Shown piece after piece: positions 34,990 through 43,566 of a DNA stretch of 64,000 nt. The stretch covers positions 9,218 to 73,217 of the forward strand of contig CAYHPR010000001.1 in NCBI GenBank assembly GCA_964358895.1, given 5' to 3'. Numbering within the stretch: position 1 is the first letter of the stretch; each line of letters opens with the position of its first letter. The notes under the pieces were generated by a model. That model searched no databases. It was not told where the DNA came from and was given only the letters and a program-made list of their open reading frames with translations. The position numbers and the translations under genes were made by a program. The DNA comes from Candidatus Micrarchaeota archaeon. GTDB lineage: Archaea > Micrarchaeota > Micrarchaeia > CABMEP01.

Positions 34990-35319
34990 TTACTTTCTTT
35001 CGACCATTTCAATTATCATTACATTTGACGGCTGTAGAGGGAATGAGATCTCCTGTCCTTTTGCTTTGCGATAGCTTACTCCCTCAATCTTAATTTTCCC
35101 ATCGCTTAAACTTATTGACATCACTTTCCCTTCTTTTCCTTTGAATTTTCCTCTCATGACTCGCACTTTGTCACCTTTCTTAAGGCGAACTGCTCTTTTC
35201 TTCATCTTAGCTCTGAGCTCCTTGCTTAGATGCGCATGTACAAAGTGTCCTCTTATATGAAGAGGCGCTGTAAATTGGAATTTTCTTTGTGTTCTGAATT
35301 TTCTTGATTTCATAACCAT
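34990..35319 (-). CDS. rpl24: 50S ribosomal protein L24 (uL24, KOW)
   Basis: MKSRKFRTQRKFQFTAPLHIRGHFVHAHLSKELR...GDKVRVMRGKFKGKEGKV. Start trimmed to avoid a 20-nt overlap with L14. Confidence 0.8.
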   Translation of the reverse strand: MVMKSRKFRTQRKFQFTAPLHIRGHFVHAHLSKELRAKMKKRAVRLKKGDKVRVMRGKFKGKEGKVMSISLSDGKIKIEGVSYRKAKGQEISFPLQPSNVMIIEMVERK

Positions 35320-35350
35320 AAACTCACATCTTACGTCATTAGTTAATTCA

Positions 35351-35749
35351 TCAGATAATCGACCAAGCAATTGCGGCTACTTTCGGATATCTTTCTGCAA
35401 CTTCTCTTGCTACAACTCCTTTGACTTCTGTTCCTTTTGGCAACCCTGTTTCATCGATTAATGCGCACGCATTATCCTCGAAAGAAACATGCAGCCCATT
35501 TGCTCTTCGCATTTCCTTTTTTTGCCTGATTATCAAAGCACGCTCCACTTTCTTTATCATCTGTGGGCTTCCTTTCTTCACAGCAACAATTGCAATGTCG
35601 CCGATACCGACTCGCGGCAATCTTGAACGCTTGCTTGCTGCCTGAATAACACCGATAATCTGAACAACTTTAGCACCACTGTTATCGTCACAGTTTAGGA
35701 AAGCCCCAACGGGCAACGATCTCGGGATAACTGTTGCGATTCCTTTCAT
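35351..35749 (-). CDS. rpl14: 50S ribosomal protein L14 (uL14)
   Basis: MKGIATVIPRSLPVGAFLNCDDNSGAKVVQIIGV... Confidence 0.9.
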   Translation of the reverse strand: MKGIATVIPRSLPVGAFLNCDDNSGAKVVQIIGVIQAASKRSRLPRVGIGDIAIVAVKKGSPQMIKKVERALIIRQKKEMRRANGLHVSFEDNACALIDETGLPKGTEVKGVVAREVAERYPKVAAIAWSII

Positions 35750-36093
35750 TATTCCACTTTCTCCTTTGTCTTTTTCTCCTTCTTCACACCGTCTTCAGTC
35801 TTTTTTATCACTTCAACAATAGTCCAAGCTTTTGTTCTACTCAGTTTCCTGCATTCACCGATTTTGACATAGTCTCCTTCCTTAGCTGAAATGCATGCAG
35901 GATTGTGAACTGCAATTCTTGAACGTGAACGAGCGTAACGTCTGTATTTTGTAAGATATATGATCCTAGGTCTTTCAACAATGGCAGTATGCTTAGCTTT
36001 AGCACTAACTACGTTTCCTTCGAGAAACTGGCCTCTAACCTTAACATCGCCATGGATGTAACATTTTTCATCTCCACATTCAGCTTTTTCCAT
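35749..36093 (-). CDS. rps17: 30S ribosomal protein S17 (uS17)
   Basis: MEKAECGDEKCYIHGDVKVRGQFLEGNVVSAKAKHTAIVERPRIIYLTKYRRYARSRSRIAVHNPA... The ORF-track TTG start was replaced by the in-frame ATG. Confidence 0.85.
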   Translation of the reverse strand: MEKAECGDEKCYIHGDVKVRGQFLEGNVVSAKAKHTAIVERPRIIYLTKYRRYARSRSRIAVHNPACISAKEGDYVKIGECRKLSRTKAWTIVEVIKKTEDGVKKEKKTKEKVE

Positions 36094-36105
36094 AATCAAA
36101 TCACC

Positions 36106-36128
36106 GAAACTTTTTTATAAAAAGTTTC
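36106..36128. promoter_or_regulatory. palindromic BRE/TATA element GAAACTTTTTtaTAAAAAGTTTC upstream of S17
   Basis: Contains TTTATAAAA. Centre lies about 24 nt from the S17 ATG. Confidence 0.45.
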
Positions 36129-36177
36129 ATCAAAACCATAAATCATTATCGTAATCTCATATACCTTTTACATTATT

Positions 36178-36447
36178 TTATTTAACTTTTTTTGGACGAT
36201 CTTCGGGACGAAATAGAACCTTTGAGCCATCGATTTCGAAGGAGATTTTATCTTTAACAAATTTGAAGAGCGTACTCACCTTTGGAATACGAACTTCCTT
36301 ACCGTCCTTCTTTTCAATGACGAACAAATTCTTTGTCTCGTCTATTACAAACCCACTAATACCTATCCTCTCTTTTGCTGTGCTTTTCACAACTTTCACT
36401 TGAAGACCAATAAACTCAATCGCATACTTGGAAACCATCGAAATCAC
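36178..36447 (-). CDS. rnp1: ribonuclease P protein component 1 (Rpp29/Pop4 homolog)
   Basis: 89-aa Sm-like pattern ...GLQVKVVKSTAKERIGISGFVIDETKNLFVIEKKDGKEVRIPK... at the conserved position between S17 and SUI1/L29. Confidence 0.6.
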   Translation of the reverse strand: MISMVSKYAIEFIGLQVKVVKSTAKERIGISGFVIDETKNLFVIEKKDGKEVRIPKVSTLFKFVKDKISFEIDGSKVLFRPEDRPKKVK

Positions 36448-36477
36448 AGCATCAATTTGACACGTTCATACTTCAAA

Positions 36478-36828
36478 TCAGATTGCTATACTCTCTTCTG
36501 GATATCCGAGCGCAACAAGCGCTTTCTTCAATTTTGACTTGTGGTCTCCTTGAAGAATGATTTGATCATCTTTTACCGTTCCACCGCACGCCATTTTTTT
36601 CTTCAGCTGCTTCGCAACTTTCTCAATGGCATTCTTTTCGATGCCAGTGATGATTGTTACAAGCTTTCCGTACGTTGCTTTGGTAACTTTGACTTTGATC
36701 TTTTGCGCAGTTTCCTTCTCAATAACCGAACAAGAACAAATCTCCTTCGGCAGACCGCAACCAGAACAAATTCCTCCAATCATTCCATGTACTCCACATG
36801 TCGGACAGGTATCACCGATCGTTCTCAC
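36478..36828 (-). CDS. translation initiation factor SUI1/aIF1 with N-terminal Zn-ribbon
   Basis: CPTCG...CSGCG then ...KIKVKVTKATYGKLVTIITGIE... (SUI1 fold) and ...ACGGTVKD. 116 aa. Confidence 0.7.
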   Translation of the reverse strand: MRTIGDTCPTCGVHGMIGGICSGCGLPKEICSCSVIEKETAQKIKVKVTKATYGKLVTIITGIEKNAIEKVAKQLKKKMACGGTVKDDQIILQGDHKSKLKKALVALGYPEESIAI

Positions 36829-36861
36829 CTCTTTTGTTTTTAATTTCCATAAATATAAACC

Positions 36862-37140
36862 TCATTTCGTTTTTATTTCGTTTTTGACTTCAGTTAATTT
36901 TGCTTTAACTTGAGTTGGTTTAGTCATCTTATTTTTCTTAAGAGCTGCGCGTTCTTTTTCTCCCATGATTGTCTTTACGCGGGCAATTAATCTTCTGAGT
37001 GTTCTGATCTTGCCAGGATTTTGAACACGTCCACCTGATGTAGACTTCCCACCTAGCTCTGCGTTCATCTCTCGATTTAAATCGCCCAACTTATGTGTTA
37101 GACCATCTTCCGGTAATTCACGAATTTCCTTATTTTTCAT
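36862..37140 (-). CDS. rpl29: 50S ribosomal protein L29 (uL29) with K-rich C-terminal extension
   Basis: MKNKEIRELPEDGLTHKLGDLNREMNAEL... Start at the ATG preceded by GTGATATTT. Confidence 0.8.
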   Translation of the reverse strand: MKNKEIRELPEDGLTHKLGDLNREMNAELGGKSTSGGRVQNPGKIRTLRRLIARVKTIMGEKERAALKKNKMTKPTQVKAKLTEVKNEIKTK

Positions 37141-37185
37141 AAATATCACATTTCAATTTCATATTCTATTTTCATAGCTCATTGA

Positions 37186-37920
37186 TTACTTTTTATCCTT
37201 GTCATCTGCTGAAGACGGTGCCACTACATTTGGCTTTGCAGTCACAGTTGGAGAAGGCGCCGCTTCGGTTGGCTTCTCAATTACAATTTTTTCTTCAGCG
37301 TATTTTATGACCTTTGGAACTGCAACAATAACTCCTGCTTTCTTGTCAGGAAATACTATTCCAGGTGGTGCTATTGAAACACGGATATTGACTGCACCGT
37401 ATTTAGGACGCGCAGTAACGAATGCTTTCCTTATTAGTCTAGTAACGTCTCCAGCTTTTGGCAGATATCCCCATGCAACACGCATCGATCGAGCTTTTCC
37501 TCCTTTCGCAACAATCTTTCCGCCGACAATAATTTCTGCACCCTGTGCACCTGCATCAATAATTCTTTTTAATGCTGCATGAACAGTTGGACGAATTGGC
37601 TTATCTGATTCTATTCTTCTTGCGATAGATCTGCCAACAAGTTGTGGCTCAAGTTCTGGTTGTTCAACAGGAACGACTGCTATCTGAGGATCTGCAACGC
37701 CGAATTTTTGTGAAATCAGATCAGTAAGTCTCTTTATTGATCTTCCTTTCTTACCAATGAGTCTGCCAGGATTTGCAACTTCAACAGTAATTCGTGTAAC
37801 CATCGGGGTTCGTTGAATGCTTACGCTGCTGAAACCAACTCTCTCCAGATTCTGCTTAAGAAATGTAGCGACGTTGTATCTTGCCAATGCATCTTCAATA
37901 AATTTTCTTTCAATTGCCAT
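37186..37920 (-). CDS. rps3: 30S ribosomal protein S3 (uS3) with C-terminal low-complexity tail
   Basis: KH domain (...RITVEVANPGRLIGKKGRSIKRL...) plus the S3-C domain. The tail is ...PTEAAPSPTVTAKPNVVAPSSADDKDKK. Confidence 0.9.
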   Translation of the reverse strand: MAIERKFIEDALARYNVATFLKQNLERVGFSSVSIQRTPMVTRITVEVANPGRLIGKKGRSIKRLTDLISQKFGVADPQIAVVPVEQPELEPQLVGRSIARRIESDKPIRPTVHAALKRIIDAGAQGAEIIVGGKIVAKGGKARSMRVAWGYLPKAGDVTRLIRKAFVTARPKYGAVNIRVSIAPPGIVFPDKKAGVIVAVPKVIKYAEEKIVIEKPTEAAPSPTVTAKPNVVAPSSADDKDKK

Positions 37921-37924
37921 AATT

Positions 37925-38656
37925 TCACTCTTCTTTGGTTTCTTTAGCTTTTGATTTTGCTGCTCTTTCCTTTTTCGGCTTTGCTCCTTCTGTTTTGGAT
38001 TCTGTTATTGATTCCGTTTTTGGTTTTGCTTCTGAGGTTTTTGTTTCAGTTATCTTTGCAACAGTTGGAATCACCTGCTTTTCAGGAACCTTTCCTTTTT
38101 CTTCTTTGACTTTTTGAACAGCTTCTTTGATCTCTTCACGTTTTTTGCCTGCTTCTTCTGAAACAAATTTCTTTAGGGTTGCCTGCTTCTTTGATTCTTC
38201 TGAAGCAACGCCTGCAAGAATTATTTCAACCCGTGAAGTCTCATAATCTGAACGAACCTGTCTGCCCTTTGATTGGGTTCTAGGATAAATTGTTTGTTTG
38301 TTAGCAGCCGCATGAATCACTTTTGTATCGGACATACCCTTTGCTGTTGCATTCGCAATTGCATTCTGCAAAACCATTGCAACAAATTTAGCTGATTTGA
38401 TAGGATACCTTCCTTTCTGTCCATCAAGTTCACGTCTATGACCCAGCTTCGTATTCCATCTTCTGTAAAGAACGGGAAATCCGTTTGCAACTGATTCTAG
38501 ATACTTGACAGCATCCTCTGTACTTAAACCTCTAACATTATCACAAACTGCACAAAGGTCCTTGAACGATGCATCGATGTTGTATTGCTGCGCTTTCGCT
38601 ACCTCAGTACCTGGCACAAGTTTCGACATGTTAAATCCGTATTCGTAATGTGGCAT
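37925..38656 (-). CDS. rpl22: 50S ribosomal protein L22 (uL22) with about 90-aa Lys/Glu-rich C-terminal tail
   Basis: The core of about 150 aa is L22-like (...ASFKDLCAVCDNVRGLSTEDAVKYLESV...). The tail is KKQATLKKFVSEEAGKKREEIKEAVQKVKEEKGK...KETKEE. Confidence 0.85.
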   Translation of the reverse strand: MPHYEYGFNMSKLVPGTEVAKAQQYNIDASFKDLCAVCDNVRGLSTEDAVKYLESVANGFPVLYRRWNTKLGHRRELDGQKGRYPIKSAKFVAMVLQNAIANATAKGMSDTKVIHAAANKQTIYPRTQSKGRQVRSDYETSRVEIILAGVASEESKKQATLKKFVSEEAGKKREEIKEAVQKVKEEKGKVPEKQVIPTVAKITETKTSEAKPKTESITESKTEGAKPKKERAAKSKAKETKEE

Positions 38657-38690
38657 AATCTCACTATCAACGTATTCATTTCAACTATCA

Positions 38691-39074
38691 TCACTTCAAT
38701 GGCAAGAACTTCGAACCTCTAGTTGCTCCAACACCTGGACCACTGTGTAATACACGTCCAGTTGTATGAACGAAGTCACCGAGTCTCTTGCCGATCATTT
38801 CTGGCACGATAACGACTTGTTTGAACTCTTTCCCTCCATGAATCTGGAATGTAACTCCGACCCATTGCGGGACGATTAATGCTTCACGAAGCTGCGTTTT
38901 GACTGGCTTCGCTGTGCCTATTTTCTTCACCTTTTTAACAAGTTCTCTGTAATCAAGCGGTGATCGCTTGAGATATCTCCTTGCGTGGCTATCTACCATT
39001 TTTGCAAATTCATCTAATGGCAATGCTATGAGCTCCTCAATGCTTTTTCCGTGGAATATAAATTTTCGTGCCAT
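38691..39074 (-). CDS. rps19: 30S ribosomal protein S19 (uS19)
   Basis: ...VIVPEMIGKRLGDFVHTTGRVLHSGPGVGATRGSKF... Confidence 0.9.
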   Translation of the reverse strand: MARKFIFHGKSIEELIALPLDEFAKMVDSHARRYLKRSPLDYRELVKKVKKIGTAKPVKTQLREALIVPQWVGVTFQIHGGKEFKQVVIVPEMIGKRLGDFVHTTGRVLHSGPGVGATRGSKFLPLK

Positions 39075-39094
39075 ATTATTACCTAAGTATTAAC

Positions 39095-39853
39095 TCATTC
39101 AGTTGCTTCTTGTACAGCTCTCTTCTTCTTTCCTTTGTTACGTCCGGTTGATGCTGCACCAACTAAACCAACCTTCTGTCCTGGAGGTGCAGATCTTCCA
39201 ACAACATTAGAACGACCAGAATGGTGCTGCTTTCCACCGTATGGGTGGTCGTATGCAGACATTGCAACTCCTCTTGATTTTGGCCAGTAAGCTGCCTTCG
39301 CATTCATCATGTGGAACTTCTTTCCAGCTTTGAATATAGGTCTGTCAAGTCTTCCACCAACAGATACGATACCTATCTGTGCTCTGCATCTTCCGTCAAG
39401 AATCTTAACTTTTTTCGAAGGAAGTGAAACATAAACTTTATCGCCTGCATGTGAGACAATTGTTGCAGAGGTACCTGCAGCTCTCACAAGCTTTCCGCCA
39501 TCACCAGGTACAATCTCAAGATTGAATATTGGAGATCCATCAGGAATTGCAGATAAAGGTAAAACGTTTCCAATATTGACTGATGCTTGCGCACCGAATT
39601 GAAGCGTATCGCCTAAAGCAATACCTTCTGGTGCAAGCAGATTAATTTCTTTTCCTGTCTCATCTTTTATAGACATCAGCAACCCGCTACGAGCTGGATC
39701 ATTAACAAAATCAATCACTTGACCAGTAACAACTGAAGTCTTCTCTTTGTCATCATAAGTTCTGAACATAATGCGCGCATAATAAAGGTGGCTAGGCGCT
39801 GTGAATGGCGGCTTGCCCTTTCCTCTTCGTTGCTGATTCAGTGGTTTACCCAT
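39095..39853 (-). CDS. rpl2: 50S ribosomal protein L2 (uL2)
   Basis: ...GNVLPLSAIPDGSPIFNLEI...HHSGRSNVVGRSAPPGQKVGLVGA... Confidence 0.9.
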   Translation of the reverse strand: MGKPLNQQRRGKGKPPFTAPSHLYYARIMFRTYDDKEKTSVVTGQVIDFVNDPARSGLLMSIKDETGKEINLLAPEGIALGDTLQFGAQASVNIGNVLPLSAIPDGSPIFNLEIVPGDGGKLVRAAGTSATIVSHAGDKVYVSLPSKKVKILDGRCRAQIGIVSVGGRLDRPIFKAGKKFHMMNAKAAYWPKSRGVAMSAYDHPYGGKQHHSGRSNVVGRSAPPGQKVGLVGAASTGRNKGKKKRAVQEATE

Positions 39854-39946
39854 ATAGACACCTACGGTTTCTATTATTTCCTAGTCATTTTCTTACTATT
39901 ATTTCATCATTTCCTAGACATTTTTTTACTACTGTAATTTCATTCT

Positions 39947-40201
39947 CTACAATATCTTGAGTTTTGATGCGATATCCATCGCAGGAAACTCTTTCTTCAA
40001 TTTTACGAAAGCTATTTTTTTTCCATGAAATGTATTGTGAATACGAACTCCTGCAACTTTTACCTGAAATTCTGTTTCTATGTGCTCTTTCACTTGTTTC
40101 TTACCTGCTTCCTTTTCGATAGCGAACACTATCGTATTATTCTTCGAAATCTGATTAATTGCTTTTTCAGTTGCAACGGGATAAATCATCATAATAAACA
40201 C
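39947..40201 (-). CDS. rpl23: 50S ribosomal protein L23 (uL23)
   Basis: MIYPVATEKAINQISKNNTIVFAIEKEAGKKQVKEHIETEFQVKVAGVRIHNT... Confidence 0.85.
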   Translation of the reverse strand: MFIMMIYPVATEKAINQISKNNTIVFAIEKEAGKKQVKEHIETEFQVKVAGVRIHNTFHGKKIAFVKLKKEFPAMDIASKLKIL

Positions 40202-40230
40202 CTACAGTTTTTATCATTTCCTAGTCATAT

Positions 40231-41001
40231 TCATTGTAATTTTTTAAGGGCTGACACACTCCATATCGTCAATCTTCCAGGTCTTCCACCTGGTGCCAGC
40301 TGTGAAACTTTCACTTCATCGACCTTTGCAACATCAACACCTGGAATGTTGTGTGCTGCTTTAAGCAACGGTTTCTGACCAGAAACAACAATGAGAATAG
40401 ATCTAGGCGTCTTTACTCCTCCTTTTCTGCTCGTTCTTGCTTTTCTTCCTCGCTTAACTCTGTCAACATCCGTATCAATCTTAATTTTCCCAAGTATGCT
40501 CATAACATCCTTCGTCTTTTTTACTTCTTCGAAACCATCCTCAATAATTATTGGAAATTGAATATCAACCTTGTGAACTGCTTTTACCAAATTTCCATAT
40601 GCAGTAGCGGCAATTGCTGATCGAAGTGCTTTCTTCTTTTCTTTTTCGTTTATCCTTTCGAACAACACTTTTTCTGGATGTGGAGGATGTGCTGCTCTTC
40701 CTTTGACAGCCCACGGAACAATTCTCACAGGACCGAATCGGCCTTTTGGAAACATTACGCGCGGAAGCATAGGCTGACCTTTATTCTTAAGACTGTGATA
40801 AGCCTCTTTTCTTCCAACGTATCTTGCAGTTGTTTGAAGACCTGCACGATAGAAATTACCCTTCGGCTGCAACTTTTCAGATTCTTCTGAAAGCACTGCA
40901 CGTTTGATAAGATCTTCTCTTACTTCGTCGTCAAATGTTGAAGGAAGTTCGATCTTGTCCTTCGCAGTTCCATCCATTGAATAAACATTAACTTTTGTCA
41001 T
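40231..41001 (-). CDS. rpl4: 50S ribosomal protein L4 (uL4)
   Basis: 256-aa archaeal L4 pattern following L3. Confidence 0.85.
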   Translation of the reverse strand: MTKVNVYSMDGTAKDKIELPSTFDDEVREDLIKRAVLSEESEKLQPKGNFYRAGLQTTARYVGRKEAYHSLKNKGQPMLPRVMFPKGRFGPVRIVPWAVKGRAAHPPHPEKVLFERINEKEKKKALRSAIAATAYGNLVKAVHKVDIQFPIIIEDGFEEVKKTKDVMSILGKIKIDTDVDRVKRGRKARTSRKGGVKTPRSILIVVSGQKPLLKAAHNIPGVDVAKVDEVKVSQLAPGGRPGRLTIWSVSALKKLQ

Positions 41002-41061
41002 AATAACAACCTACGGTTTTGTATTTTCTAGTCATTTTATTTCCTAATCATTTTTTACTTA

Positions 41062-42054
41062 TTATCTAACTGCAACATACGTAATCTGCGGTTTCCTAAC
41101 TGCCGTTGGAGTTGGAGACCTGACTCCTTTTCTTAAAAATACGAATCGCTTCTGCGTGCCTGGCACTGAACCTCTGACTAACACGTAATCCGTTTTCACA
41201 TTTCCGTACTGTGGAAAACCTGATGAACGATTGATCTTTGAAGGATCATTACCTATTATGAGAACTCGATTGTTATACTGTGTTCTGCGATGAAAACCCA
41301 TCTGACCTGCTTGAGGAGCCGTATACATAACGTATGAAGGGTGCCACGGTCCAAGCGTTCCAACGTGTCTGACACGTCCTGTTGCCTTCCTTCTCTGTTT
41401 ATGAATATTAAATCTCTTTATTGCTCCTTGCCACCCATGTCCTCGTGAAACAGAGATTGTATCAACATATTCCCCTTCTTCTAAAACGTCTTTAACCGCT
41501 ACTTCTTTTCCAAGAAGTGGCTTGAGAAATTCAATCTGTTCAGCACATGACTTACCGCCGAGTGCAATTTCAACAACTTCTCCGTACTTCCTAGGAGTTC
41601 CAGCTGATTTTGGATCTGTGAAACAAAGAGCAGCAACATAACAACCTTCCATTGAAAGTTTTGACATCCATTCGAAATCCTTATGCTTCGTATCCTTCTT
41701 CATGCCAAGTTTGGATGCGATTTGCGGCTGAGAGGAAATGACATCTCCGAGACATTTAACGCCGTATGGAGTTATCTTGTAGAGACGAGCTCCAATAAGT
41801 GTGACTTTTGGTGCCTCAAGAATAGTAGCAGCTATTGTGACATCCATTCCCTTTGAGGGTGAAGCAGTGTCATCAATGACTCCGATAGAGGTCATGCCGA
41901 CCTTGTAAACAGGAAATCCAAGGAACCCAAGCTTGTCTGTATGCCTCCAGCTGGAGATGCGTGGTGAAAGATCGTCAGATCTCTTCCTTGGTTTATATGC
42001 GAGCGAACCCGCTCTTGGCTTATGATTTGTTCCCATTATGCTCACTAACGTCAA
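41062..42054 (-). CDS. rpl3: 50S ribosomal protein L3 (uL3)
   Basis: 330-aa L3. First gene of the cluster. Confidence 0.9.
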   Translation of the reverse strand: MTLVSIMGTNHKPRAGSLAYKPRKRSDDLSPRISSWRHTDKLGFLGFPVYKVGMTSIGVIDDTASPSKGMDVTIAATILEAPKVTLIGARLYKITPYGVKCLGDVISSQPQIASKLGMKKDTKHKDFEWMSKLSMEGCYVAALCFTDPKSAGTPRKYGEVVEIALGGKSCAEQIEFLKPLLGKEVAVKDVLEEGEYVDTISVSRGHGWQGAIKRFNIHKQRRKATGRVRHVGTLGPWHPSYVMYTAPQAGQMGFHRRTQYNNRVLIIGNDPSKINRSSGFPQYGNVKTDYVLVRGSVPGTQKRFVFLRKGVRSPTPTAVRKPQITYVAVR

Positions 42055-42207
42055 TAACTGTTACAGAATGCATGTACAACAAGATGTCGTACAAAACGAA
42101 CTGAACTTTTCTAACGCCGGATTCGATTTCTGAAGAAAAACCGATATAACTAATAGGGTAAAAAGATTTTAAATACTTTACTGTCTTGAACTGGGCTTGA
42201 ACTTAAG

Positions 42208-42654
42208 CTAGACTTCACTAAATACTGTAATTCCGTACCTGCTTTTTAGAAGTCTAGAGATTATTGATTCATCTAACTCATTAAAATGAGATTTCATCAT
42301 ACGATTGGCACACGTTGACTTGACATATTCTGAAGTTATTCCGATAGAAACTTGATGTAACATGTCGTAATATTCCATAAGGATATTCAAGGTTCCATAT
42401 ATAGAACTTAACGATAGCTGAGGATGTCTCGGAGATAGATCTCTTTTTTCTATTTTCTTAAACCTGACCCCTTTAGTTTCGAAACTCTTTTTTATTTCAA
42501 GTATCTCTTCGAGTAGAAGCTTATGATTATTGGTTTTAGGAGTAGTTTGAAAGGTAATAAAAAATCCGTTAAAGGTTTGATTTGAATAGTCTAGAGGATA
42601 GTTAGGAATTTTAGAAGCAGTGTTTACAGACAATATTTTAAATTTTGATTTCAT
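42208..42654 (-). CDS. hypothetical protein, paralog B of tandem pair (148 aa)
   Basis: Shares the block EEILEIKKSFETxGVxFKKIEKR and the overall profile with the upstream 147-aa gene. About 85% nucleotide identity across that block. No known family recognised. Confidence 0.4.
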   Translation of the reverse strand: MKSKFKILSVNTASKIPNYPLDYSNQTFNGFFITFQTTPKTNNHKLLLEEILEIKKSFETKGVRFKKIEKRDLSPRHPQLSLSSIYGTLNILMEYYDMLHQVSIGITSEYVKSTCANRMMKSHFNELDESIISRLLKSRYGITVFSEV

Positions 42655-42704
42655 AGATATCCTATTCTTTTAGTATACGATAAGGTATTAGCTTGGAATC
42701 ATTC

Positions 42705-43148
42705 CTACTGAAATTTAACTCTATAACGACTTTCCAGGAGTTTAGTAATTATAGAGTCATCTAATTCACTAAACTGAACCGTCTGAACGCGTTGAACAGG
42801 AGACAACAAGTTACGATATTCTGGCATAATCCCTATAGACACCTCGTGTAACCCGCCATCAAATTCAAGGATAACGTTTAATGTCTCAGAAACAGAACTT
42901 AGGAAATACTGGATAACTTGTGGGGCTGTTTTTCTTTTTTCTATTTTTTTAAATTTGACACCCTCAGTTTCAAAACTCTTTTTTATTTCGAGAATCTCCT
43001 CATGTATAATACTCCGACTATGTTTATTAGGTTTAATTTGAAAACCAAGGCAGACTCCATTGAGTTTTGGCTTTGAATAACTCAGTGGATGATTGTAGAT
43101 TTTAGAAGCTGAAATAACGTTTAATATTTCTAATTTTGATTTTACCAT
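42705..43148 (-). CDS. hypothetical protein, paralog A of tandem pair (147 aa)
   Basis: See paralog B. Its promoter-proximal sequence (AGTATAyTAArA...GAATAGGAT) is also duplicated. Confidence 0.4.
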   Translation of the reverse strand: MVKSKLEILNVISASKIYNHPLSYSKPKLNGVCLGFQIKPNKHSRSIIHEEILEIKKSFETEGVKFKKIEKRKTAPQVIQYFLSSVSETLNVILEFDGGLHEVSIGIMPEYRNLLSPVQRVQTVQFSELDDSIITKLLESRYRVKFQ

Positions 43149-43216
43149 GGCAATCCTATTCTGTTTTTCTTAATATACTTTACTGTTTTGAACCAAGACT
43201 TAAACGTAATTTAAAC

Positions 43217-43543
43217 TTAGTTAGTATATGCATTCAAACGATCTAATTTCTCAATAATCATTTTTACAATCTCTTTTGGTTCAGTTATTTTATAAGTGAT
43301 TCCGTCCATTGGATTATATAATGCAACTTTCTCATATTTCAGTCTAGTTCTCTCAACAGTTTTCCTGACTTTGAGACCTACGTTACTTTTTTCAGCAACT
43401 GTACTATGCATAGGTGTCAAATGAGTTAAGGAAATTGTTTTGCCCCTTCGATCTAATGAGATATTTGCAATTCCCCTATTCTGAAGACGTTGAATTTGCC
43501 GTGCGACTGTTAAGATTCTTATTTTCATAAAAACATAACTCAA
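43217..43543 (-). CDS. hypothetical small basic protein (108 aa)
   Basis: Immediately upstream of the paralog pair on the same strand. No motif recognised. Confidence 0.35.
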   Translation of the reverse strand: MSYVFMKIRILTVARQIQRLQNRGIANISLDRRGKTISLTHLTPMHSTVAEKSNVGLKVRKTVERTRLKYEKVALYNPMDGITYKITEPKEIVKMIIEKLDRLNAYTN

Positions 43544-43566
43544 AACTTAATTTATTTTGCAAGGAT

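Noticed and set aside
36178-36447. Alternative reading of the 89-aa protein between S17 and SUI1 as an Lsm or unrelated OB-fold protein
   Set aside because: The position in the r-protein cluster and the Sm-like beta pattern fit Rpp29 best. Retained as rnp1 at moderate confidence.
22313-41061. Repeated intercistronic elements as a possible CRISPR array or MITE
   Set aside because: Copies are irregularly spaced, always located in r-protein gene spacers in the same orientation, and contain the SD. There are no flanking cas genes or terminal inverted repeats.
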